Below are positions 1-8,103 of a stretch of DNA of 15,223 nucleotides, piece by piece. Every line of letters begins with the position of its first letter. Positions within the stretch are counted from its first letter, which is position 1. The notes below the pieces were generated by a model. That model made no database searches and was not told the DNA's origin. It saw only the letters and a list, made by a program, of their open reading frames with translations. The translations under genes and the position numbers were made by a program. Location: contig NW_021825542.1 of the NCBI RefSeq assembly GCF_006345805.1, positions 1-15,223 on the forward strand. The letters are read 5' to 3'. This DNA comes from Octopus sinensis (lineage: Eukaryota).

Positions 1-110
1 GCTCAGGAAAGAAAGAAAGATAGTTTAACATTTTGAGCAGACGCTCTTCTTCTGGAATAGAATAAAGTCCGATAGAAGGGAAGACGGAGGAAGAAAATCG
101 CCAGCGAACA
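1..110 (-). mobile_element. Penelope-like (PLE-type) non-autonomous terminus with a degenerate hammerhead-like motif; cut by the window start
   Basis: The minus strand reads pyrimidine tract-CAGAAGA-A-GAGC-gtct-GCTC-AAAAT-GTTAAA...TTCCTGAGC, the same layout as 5944-5995 (+). The PLE assignment is inferred from the known PLE/hammerhead association. Confidence 0.4.
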
Positions 111-139
111 TACATACATGTGTGTATGTACGCGCTCGT

Positions 140-297
140 GTGTATTTGTGTCTATGCCTGTCCCTTGCTACTGCTTGACATCTCATATTGATTTGTTTAC
201 GTCCGCGTAGCTTCATGATTCAGCAAAAGTGATGGGGTCAGTTTGCTCGACTAAAACCTTCCAAGTATATGCCCCAGAATTGTCGCAATCGAATGAC
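140..297 (+). mobile_element. Degenerate, internally deleted 3' half of SINE family A
   Basis: Contains GCTTGACA, TGTTTACGTCC, CAGCAAAAG, GGGGTC..TTTGCTCGACTAAA and GAATGAC, collinear with the 3' halves of the family-A copies in this window. Confidence 0.6.
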
Positions 298-493
298 ATT
301 ACAAAACACACACACACACACATTACAGAAGCCACGAACAACAGACGACATATTGTGACTCGTTGACTGTTGGCAAAAATTAGATTTCGGTTAATCCGGT
401 GTTCGATAAGTCTTAGAAACATTGTTTTCCTTATTTTCATGTGAACATTTTCAACGTTTTTTAATATATGACTTTTATGCTTGTTTCACTTAG

Positions 494-568
494 GTCTGGC
501 TGCTTAGCTTCTCATCCATTGTTGGATACCTCTCACCAACTATAGTCCGTCTGTTGACTATGAATAAG
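494..568 (+). CDS. Candidate 75-nt internal exon (phase 0-0), VWLLSFSSIVGYLSPTIVRLLTMNK, hydrophobic helix; host gene unidentified
   Basis: T-rich acceptor TTTTATGCTTGTTTCACTTAG|G and donor AAG|GCAAGT (GC-type). Only phase 0 is open. Resembles by eye the TM11 region of SLC17/sialin (FATIPGMVGPVIAKSLT), but the N-terminal part fits poorly and no partner exon was found. Confidence 0.4.
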
Positions 569-841
569 GCAAGTACATTTTCTATTAAATACAACATATT
601 TACAAATGTGTAAATCACACTATTTTATATTAGGCTTCAACTTGAAAATTATACTCGAGACATTGCTAAAACTATGAAAAAAAAAGAACTTATATATATA
701 TTGTTCGTATTATAAAACGCCTTTTAAGTACAGTGTTCTTGTCTGACGACTAATTCAGCCAGTCTGTCTGTATAAGTCATCACTCAAAATTTAAGCTCCC
801 AACAAATAAGTGCCAATAATATTAATAATATTGTTAATACA

Positions 842-1081
842 TAAAGACTATTTGCCAACAGAATGTGGCAACGCTGGATGGGACAAATGTTATTGTTGTT
901 TAGTCCCAGGAAACGTCGTTTCCTGCTGGCTATATGACACAATATCTGTGTCTTTATTTTTCGAATAGAGGACACAGATATTGTGTCGTATAGCCAGCTG
1001 GAAACGACGTTTCCTGGAGCTAGGCACCAGTAACATTCGTCCCATCGAGGACTGCCACATTATGTTGGCAAATAGTCTTTA
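842..1081. repeat. 240-nt imperfect palindrome (arms 842-958 and 964-1081, loop TTTCG), possible palindromic MITE
   Basis: Hand alignment of the arms: 15 mismatches and 1 gap in 118 columns (~86%). TA at 842-843 and 1080-1081 could be a TA target-site duplication, but this is not diagnostic in a palindrome. Confidence 0.9.
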
Positions 1082-1377
1082 CTTTATAGTACTGTTACTG
1101 AATATATCTCTTTGAGAGATTTAGAAATAATAATGATTATATATAAAACATAGTATAAAATAAAATTAATAAATAAAATTTTACTCTAATTTAAGTATTG
1201 GTCTCTCTAACTACAACCAGTGAATCTTCATTTTTTATTCTTAAAATTTATTAAATATAACACGTGAAAATCAATTTTTATATATGGAAATGCAAGTATT
1301 GCAAAAAAAAAAAGATTTTTTTTACATGTATGTCAATAAAATTGAGAATAATAACACTGAGTATTTGATTAAAAAAA

Positions 1378-1620
1378 AAAACTATGATACGTGTGTCGAT
1401 AATCTTTCCCACCAGCAAAACACATACACAAACATATAAACACATGCATATATGTATGTGTGTGTGTATATGCGCCCGTGTCTATATATGTATATATATA
1501 ATGTATACACGTGCTCATATGCACACACACACACACATACACACACATGTGCATGTATTTATATGTTTGTGTATGTGTTTTGCTGGTGAGAAAGATTATT
1601 GACACACGTATCACAATTTT
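1378..1620. repeat. ~243-nt imperfect palindrome with a microsatellite-like interior
   Basis: 1378-1448 matches the reverse complement of 1550-1620 with 5 mismatches in 71 nt, all transitions. Symmetry continues through (TG)n/(CA)n and GCCCGTGT/ACACGTGC to a centre near 1495. The near-identical + and - ORFs (MIRVSIIF..TSKTHTQTYK) reflect this symmetry. Confidence 0.9.
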
Positions 1621-1976
1621 ATGTATGTATTATATGTGTGTACGTGCGTCTGTGTTTGAGAGTGTGTGTGTGTGCGTATTTGTGCGTGCGTCTTAGGCGA
1701 TAAATAAACTTAATGAGCAACGAACAAAATGTCACACATTGGTTGTAGCGGCTCTTTGTTTCTTAAGTTCAAATCTCACCATGGGCTTTGTAAATAGTAG
1801 TCTCAAAGGACTGCCCTGTTTCGGATCAGTACCCGACTGGCACTTTGGATAGATTAAGTAGAATTTCACGCTGCTGTAAGCAAACGCGTTTCGAAGGACT
1901 TATAAAAGGTCGTAGGTAATGTGGCTTCTATCCTGTCTAAAAGATAAAAAACACACTCAACTCAAAAGCATACCCC

Positions 1977-2153
1977 GGTGCAGACATGGTTGTGTGGGTA
2001 TGAAGCTTGCTTAGAAAACTCGTGCTTTCGGGTAAAGTCGCACTGCAAGTCACCTTTGTGCAAATATCATCTACAGACTCGGGTCGACCAAAGTCTTGTG
2101 ACTGGATTTGACAAGCGGAAACAGTGTGGAAGCCCTTCGTATAAATATTTACG

Positions 2154-2218
<65 letters not shown>

Positions 2219-2410
2219 CTATGTGTTTTTGTTTGTTCTACACGCAACTTGAGAACCGATGTTGGTTGGCGGTTCGGCAAAAATGAACGACAGAATAAGT
2301 ACCAGACTTAAAAGGAAGCACTGGGGTCGATTTATTTCGACTGCACCCTTTACGGGTATGCTCCAGCATGGCCGCAGTCCAATGACTGATACACGTCAAA
2401 GGTAAAAGAC
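1977..2410 (+). mobile_element. Old, diverged tRNA-derived SINE, family A, with internal (TG)30
   Basis: Degenerate head (CATGGTTGTGTGG), GGGTCGACCAAAG..TTGTGACTGGATTTG, (TG)n at 2158-2217, then GGTTCGGCAAAA...GCTCCAGCATGGCCGCAGTC tail. Confidence 0.8.
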
Positions 2411-2666
2411 AACAATAAAAGACACACACACATGGATATCCTCCACACACACACAGAACCATGACGCACACTCAAATCTACAACATACACACACAGGTCC
2501 ATGACACACACACACACATGTAGACAAACTTTCAGTCTTTCCCACACAGACATATATGTGTTATAATCACCCCCAGTGTAATATGATAATAAGCACCTAT
2601 GTTAGAAATTGAACTTAGATAAATTAACAAATAAAAGCGAAAATTAAACAATATATATAAATAGTC

Positions 2667-3068
2667 ATAGCGCAGGAGTGGGCTGTGTGGTAAGTAGCTT
2701 GTTTACCAACCGCATGGTTCCGGTTCCAGTCCCACTGCGTGGCACCTTGGGCAGTGTCTCTACTATAGCCTCGGGCCGACAAAAGCCTTGTGAGTGGATT
2801 TGGTAGACGGAAACTGAAAGAAGCCTGTCGTATATATGTTATATGTATTGTGTGTTTGCGTGTCTGTGTTTGTCCCCCTAGCATTGCTTGACAACCGATG
2901 CTGGTGTGTTTTACGTCCCCGTTACTTAGCGGTTCGGCAAAAAGACCGATAGAATAAGTACTGGGCTTACAAAGAAAGTTCCGGGTCGATTGCTCGCTAA
3001 AGGCGGTGCTCTCCAGCATGGCCGCAGTCAAATGACTGAAACAAGTAAAAGAGTAAAAGAGAGTAAAG
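2667..3068 (+). mobile_element. Full-length tRNA-derived SINE, family A (octopus type)
   Basis: A-box-like TGG(G)CTGTGTGG, B-box-like GGTTCCAGTCC, GGCACCTTGGGCA core, internal TA/TG tract, tail GCTCCAGCATGGCCGCAGTCAAATGACTGAAACAAGTAAAAGAG plus (TAAAAGAG)n. High similarity to the copies at 4491, 8329 and 11738. Confidence 0.9.
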
Positions 3069-3292
3069 ATGGGAATCAATCCTCGAATCTACGGTTAACA
3101 TAAACAGGTTTCACAAGGTTATTCTTGATATCTACAGCGGTTTGTTCATTGCTTATTGCATAAGTATATATTGGGCAAAATTTGGAAATGACGGTCAACA
3201 TTCTCCTTGTAAAAGTATTGAAAATATCTACTCTACGAAATAAGTGTTCTGGAGTTTAATGTCAAATTATTTTCCGTCACAAAAGCAAACAT

Positions 3293-3322
3293 CATCTATC
3301 GAATCTATCTATCTTCTATCTA

Positions 3323-3376
<54 letters not shown>

Positions 3377-3467
3377 CTCATATATATATATATATATATA
3401 TAGTTGTGTGTGGTCTACAGAGAGAGAGAGAGGAGAGAGGGGGGAGAGGGAGGGAGGGACAGAGAGA
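3293..3467. repeat. Compound microsatellite (CTAT)n-(TA)n-(GA/GGA)n
   Basis: Read directly from the sequence. Confidence 0.95.
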
Positions 3468-3519
3468 TTGGTCATCAACATTATTTCATGGTTAACTGTT
3501 GCATGCATTCATGGGGCAG

Positions 3520-3590
3520 ACGGAGTTTATTAATACAGATTTTCTACGGTAGGATGCCCTTCATATCGGCAACCTTCACATTAACGTAAT
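3520..3590 (-). mobile_element. Degenerate retroposon 3'-tail fragment (RTE-like)
   Basis: CTACGGTAGGATGCCCTTCATATCGGCAACC resembles the reverse complement of the GGAAGGGCATCC.GCCGTA tail motif, recalled from memory. Confidence 0.35.
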
Positions 3591-3649
3591 ATTTCCCTAT
3601 AGCCACACAATGTTTCCAACATTTTGCACAATATTAGAATATATGTGAG

Positions 3650-3653
<4 letters not shown>

Positions 3654-3683
<30 letters not shown>

Positions 3684-3733
3684 TGTATGTATGTATGTAT
3701 GTATGTATGTATGTATGTATGTATGTATGTATG
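3654..3733. repeat. (TATG)20 microsatellite
   Basis: Read directly from the sequence. Confidence 0.95.
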
Positions 3734-3766
3734 TTACACACACACGCGCGCGCGCGTATATATACT

Positions 3767-4153
3767 TCTATTATATAAAATCCGTTCTGTGTGTGTATGT
3801 GTGTGTCTTCTAGAATCACGGGCATCCTCCATCCGATTGCCCTCAAATTTGATCTGTAGATACCGACGGTATCAGGGCGTGTATAAGTCTTGAAAATATT
3901 ACAAAAATCAATTCCAGGTGAGAATGCGATCGATAAAGCCGTGGGAACGTGCATTTGTACGCGCAAGTACATCAGCTGTTGCGATCGATATTACGCGTAC
4001 GCGAGAAAAATGCACGTGCAGTTTGCGCAAAAAAATCCGGCTGGCTTGAAATAATGCCACAAAATGGGACGGTCGGTCAAGTTGTTTTGAGAAAATTTGG
4101 TTTAAATGTTTGACAACTCAGCACCGTCCATTGGACGAGGGGCGTTTTGCTCA
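3767..4153 (+). mobile_element. Probable non-autonomous Helitron (~390 nt)
   Basis: 5' TCTATTATATAAAA followed by a TG-rich tract and CCGATT...CAAATTTG. Subterminal hairpin CGTCCA-T-TGGACG at 4125-4137, then 12 nt to CTCA|T (one change from CTRR|T). Lies between TA/CA microsatellites. Confidence 0.5.
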
Positions 4154-4236
4154 TATAGATACACACACACACACACACACACACCCATATATATATACAT
4201 ATATATATACTAGAATCTAGACAATGAAATCCTTGT

Positions 4237-4475
4237 TTGCCAACCTTTCAGGGTGGTAAAATAAAATACCAGTTAAGTACTGGTGTCAATGTTACTGTCT
4301 AAAACACATTATTTACATTATTTACAATTGATGAATTGTCTAAAACACATACGTAGAGATTCTTGACTTTGAACCGAAGACAGAAACTGACGCTGTTATT
4401 AATTGGGACTGATGTAATCTGCTTGTCACTCATCTTAAAATTGTGTGAATTATGTCGAAATTTGGAACTAATGTT
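4237..4475 (+). mobile_element. Degenerate, interrupted 3' part of SINE family B
   Basis: TTGCCAACCTTTCAGGGTGGTAAAATAAAATACCAGTTAAGTACTGGTGTCAATGT matches the family-B core. The tail resumes near 4405 (GGGACTGATGTAATC...AAATTTGGAACTAATGTTATT). Confidence 0.5.
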
Positions 4476-4490
4476 ATTATTATTACTATA

Positions 4491-4663
4491 GGCGCAGGAG
4501 TGGCTGTGTGGTAAGTAGCTTCCTTACCAACGACATGGCACCGGGCTCAGTCCCACTGCGTGGCACCTTAGGCAAGTGTCTTCTACCATAGCTTCGGGCC
4601 GACCGAAGCCTCGTGAGTGGATTTGGTAGACGGAAACTGAAATAAGCCCATCGTATATATGTT

Positions 4664-4750
<87 letters not shown>

Positions 4751-4973
4751 ATATGTTTGTGTGTCTGTGTTTGTCCCCACCAATATCGCTTGACAACCGA
4801 TGCTGGTGTGTTTACGTCCCTGTAACTTAGCGGTTCGGCAAAAGAGAGTGATAGAATAAGTACTAGGTTTACAAAGAATAAGTCCTGGGGTCGATTTGCT
4901 GACTAAAGGCGGTGCTCCAGCTTGGCCGCAGTCAAATGACTGAAACAAGTAAAAGAGTAAAAGAGTAAAAGAG
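4491..4973 (+). mobile_element. Full-length SINE family A with a ~110-nt internal (TA)n(TG)n
   Basis: GGCGCAGGAGTGGCTGTGTGGTAAGTAGC head through to the (GAGTAAAA)n tail. Confidence 0.92.
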
Positions 4974-4982
4974 CATAGTTTT

Positions 4983-5185
4983 GACGATGAGTTAGCAAAA
5001 TTGTTTGCACGCCGGACGTTTTGCTTAGCGGTATTACTTCTGGCTTTTCGTTCTATGTTCAAATCACGACGAGGTAAACTTTTTTTTTCATCTTTTAAGG
5101 GGTAGATAGAATAAGAACCAGTCGAGTACTGTAGTCAAGGTAATTGATATTGCTCCTCTCAAAAACCTTCGGGCCGTCCTGAATT
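4983..5185 (+). mobile_element. Old SINE family B copy
   Basis: GCACGCCGG..GCTTAGCGGTATT..GTTCAAATC..GAGGT.AACTTT...TTCATCTTTT.AGGGGT.GATA.AATAAG.ACCAG is collinear with 9791-10008. Confidence 0.7.
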
Positions 5186-5319
5186 CACAGAAGAGTCGAA
5201 TCAAAACTTTGAAATTTACTTAAGGATCAAGAAACTTCATATTTCAATAAAGAATATCGATGTAATATATTCATTACTTACAATCACCCCTTGCATGAGA
5301 ACACATAGGATGATCATTG

Positions 5320-5666
5320 TACACAGAAAGACATGTTTATGCTGGTATTCCGTCGGTTACGAAGACGAGGGTTCCCGTAGATACCATCAACGTAAGCGCC
5401 TGCTCATGAAATTAACGTGTAAATGGCTGAGCATTCTACAGACACGCCTGCCCTTAATATAGTTCTCAGGGAGATTCAGTATGACACAGAGTGTGACAAG
5501 GCTGGCCCCTTGAAGTACAGGTATTTCTCAATTTTGCCAGCTGAGTAAACTGGAGCAACGTGAAATAAAGTGTCTTGCTGAAGAACACAACGCGTCGCCG
5601 GGAATTGAACTCACGACATTACGATCATGGGCCAACTACCTTAACCACTAAGCCATGTGCCTTCAC
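5320..5666 (-). mobile_element. tRNA-derived SINE family C
   Basis: The minus strand gives A box TGGCTTAGTGG, B box GAGTTCAATTCC, then TTGTGTTCTTCAGCAAGACACTTTATTTCACGTTGCTCCAG central domain. The 3' end position is approximate. Confidence 0.8.
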
Positions 5667-5804
5667 ACATGCTTATACATTACACGCATATACTTAGATA
5701 TACACATAGATATGTACTTTTTCTTATGTGTATATCCATATACGTATGCATTTATATACACACGTACACACATATATATGAATATATGTTATGTACGTGT
5801 ATGT

Positions 5805-6062
5805 CCACCTTCGTTTTGGGATCACCACTACTTTATTATCTCCCTTTCTCCCTAGCTCTCCTGTGTGATCCTTCTGTCCGGCATTCGCCATGATAGATCG
5901 CTAGCCATTACACATTCTTTATTTTCTCTCCCTGTGTTCCTTTCTGTGGAAGAGCGTAGGATCGAAACGTTAAAGACTTTTTTCACTTCCCGAGCGTTAT
6001 ATTAATACATCTGTTTGTTGTCTACACCACCTGTCTTCGACTTTTTTTTTCGTGAATTCTTC
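5805..6062 (+). mobile_element. Penelope-like non-autonomous element with a hammerhead-like motif at 5944-5974
   Basis: Pyrimidine tract, then CTGTGGA-A-GAGC-gtag-GATC-GAAAC-GTTAAA, then TTCCCGAGC. Flanked by TA/TG microsatellites. Boundaries are approximate. Confidence 0.5.
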
Positions 6063-6177
6063 CTATATAATAATGTGTTTATATATATGCATATACATAT
6101 GTATGTGCGCGTGTGTGTGTATAAACGTATATGTATGCATAGATATGTGTATGCGTGCCCATAATATACATGCGCAA

Positions 6178-6645
6178 TAAGAAGTTTACTTCCCAACCAC
6201 ATGGTTCTGGTTTCGGTCCCAATGCATGGCACTTTGGGCAAGTGACTTCTTAGTATAGCCCCTGGCCAACCAAAATCTTCTGATTGGATTTAGTAGAAAG
6301 AAACTAAAAGTATAGTTCGTCGTAGATAGATAGATAGATAGATAGATACATACATACATACATACATACATACATACATACATCATACATACATACATAC
6401 ATATGTGTATGATATGTGTGTGTATGTGTGTCTTTCTGTTGTGTTTCCCTCAACACCGCTTGATGACCGGTGTTGGTTTGTTCACGTTCATATAAGTTTG
6501 TGGTTTGGCAAAAGTTGCCGATCAAATAAGTACCACGAAAAAAAAAAAGCATTGCGGTGGATTCGTTCCACTAAAATCCTTGAAAGCAGTGCTCCAGCAT
6601 GGCCGTAGTCGAATGACTGAAAGAAGTAAACGATAAGAGATAAAA
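6178..6645 (+). mobile_element. Old SINE family A with internal (TAGA)n(TACA)n
   Basis: CCAACCACATGGTTCTGG...GGCACTTTGGGCAAGTG head region and GTGCTCCAGCATGGCCGTAGTCGAATGACTGAAA tail. Confidence 0.85.
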
Positions 6646-6669
6646 AAAAAAGATGAATTGAACGCACGT

Positions 6670-6687
6670 ATATATCTGTATATAAAT

Positions 6688-6728
<41 letters not shown>

Positions 6729-6869
6729 CGGTGCGTGTGTGTGTATGTTTGCGGTGCGTGTGTGTGTGTGTGTGTGGTGTGTGTGTGTGTGTGTGCGTGT
6801 GTATATGTGCGGTGCGTGTGTGTGTATGTTTGCATATATATATATATGCATATATGCAAATAGATATAT
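6670..6869. repeat. (TG)n tract containing an exact 28-nt repeat (6725-6752 = 6806-6833)
   Basis: TGTGCGGTGCGTGTGTGTGTATGTTTGC occurs twice; GCGGTGCGTG occurs three times. Confidence 0.9.
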
Positions 6870-7071
6870 GTTGCGGATCCGTGGAATAAGCTGCCGGACG
6901 AGATGGTGAAGATGCCGACGACCGCTCGGTTCAAAGTCTCTCTTGACCAGAAATGGCCTGAACTCTTTGCATGAACACCCTCCCTGTACATAACTCCATG
7001 TCCCCCTACATGGCCTTGCTCTTTTTTTTTTTTGCTTTTTGAGCCAAAAAGTTAACTTAACTTAACTTAAC
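6870..7071 (+). mobile_element. 5'-truncated CR1/L2-group LINE 3' end: ORF2 C-terminus, 3' UTR and tandem tail
   Basis: 6870-6974 translates to VADPWNKLPDEMVKMPTTARFKVSLDQKWPELFA*, matching the CR1/L2 C-terminal pattern WNxLP..V......FK..LD. Stem-loop CTTTTTG-AGC-CAAAAAG at 7035-7051 and (TTAAC)4 at 7052-7071. Confidence 0.85.
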
Positions 7072-7337
7072 ATTTGGAAGCATGCATATATATATATATA
7101 TATATACATATATATTTACGCATATATATATATAAACACACACACACACCACACACACACACACACACACACCACACACACACATATTGGTGCATTTATG
7201 TCTATAAAATATTTTCGGCATTAATGTACGTGTGAGTGACTCTCTTTCTCCTCATAAATCTCTCATTCATTCACTCACTAAAACTTCAACAGACTAAACA
7301 CACTACTGCTTAAGTAGCAGTACTAGCAGTGACATAG

Positions 7338-7790
7338 CGTGTGTGTGTGTGTGTGGTGTGTGTGTATGTGCTTGCGTGCCCGTGAGTGTGTGCGTGTGTG
7401 TGCGTGTGTGTGTTAATGAGTGTGTACATGTGAGCATATATATGTATATATGTATATATACACACACACATATAAATATATATATATACATATATGCTTA
7501 TATATATGTATTATATATGTTATATATATATATATATATATACATATATCGTATATATATATGTATGATATATGCATATATTATGTATTTGCATATATAT
7601 ATATATATATATTATACATACATATATATTATATACATATATATGTGTATATATTATGTATATTATATGCTATATAGAGAGAGATAGATATACATACACA
7701 TGTATTTATATATATATGTATGTGTATGTGTATGCGAGTGCATGTGTGTAGGTGCGTGCATGCGTGTGTGTGTGTGTGTGTGTGTATGTG
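7338..7790. repeat. Long compound (TG)n / degenerate (TA)n microsatellite block
   Basis: Read directly from the sequence. Confidence 0.95.
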
Positions 7791-8103
7791 ACATGTGACA
7801 GACGTGCTCCACATGTTTGTAGTGCTAGTTACATTAAAACAAACAGATGTATATCTAATTTCTCCTTAATCTACCTTCTTCCATCCTTTATTATCCCCAA
7901 GGGGGGGTGGGGGTGTCGGCGTTGCACAACCGCGTCCCCCCCCTCTATTATCCCTTCACTTCTCCCTCCCTTCCTCACCCGCTCACATTCCTGTTGCCAA
8001 TGCTGCATGATGGTACCAGTAGTAAACTACGGTTGCGTGTACAAGATGGTGTAGGTGTGTGTGTCTGGGGTGGGGGAGAGAGAATGAAGTTCTTATTTTC
8101 AAC

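Noticed and set aside
2410-2520. CA-rich units of ~20 nt with recurring CCATGAC, superficially array-like
   Set aside because: Irregular, degenerate microsatellite derivative; no constant repeat with unique spacers, so not CRISPR-like.
3067-3243. 58-codon open frame with a hydrophobic stretch (VILDIYSGLFIAYCISIYW)
   Set aside because: No ATG, no convincing donor, and T-rich DNA readily gives hydrophobic translations.
5600-5666. tRNA gene suggested by intact A and B boxes
   Set aside because: No acceptor stem or cloverleaf end, and it continues into a SINE central domain. It is the SINE C head.
7895-7985. G-runs and C-runs suggesting a G-quadruplex or hairpin
   Set aside because: The runs are irregular, pairing is limited to homopolymers, and nothing distinguishes this from low-complexity DNA.
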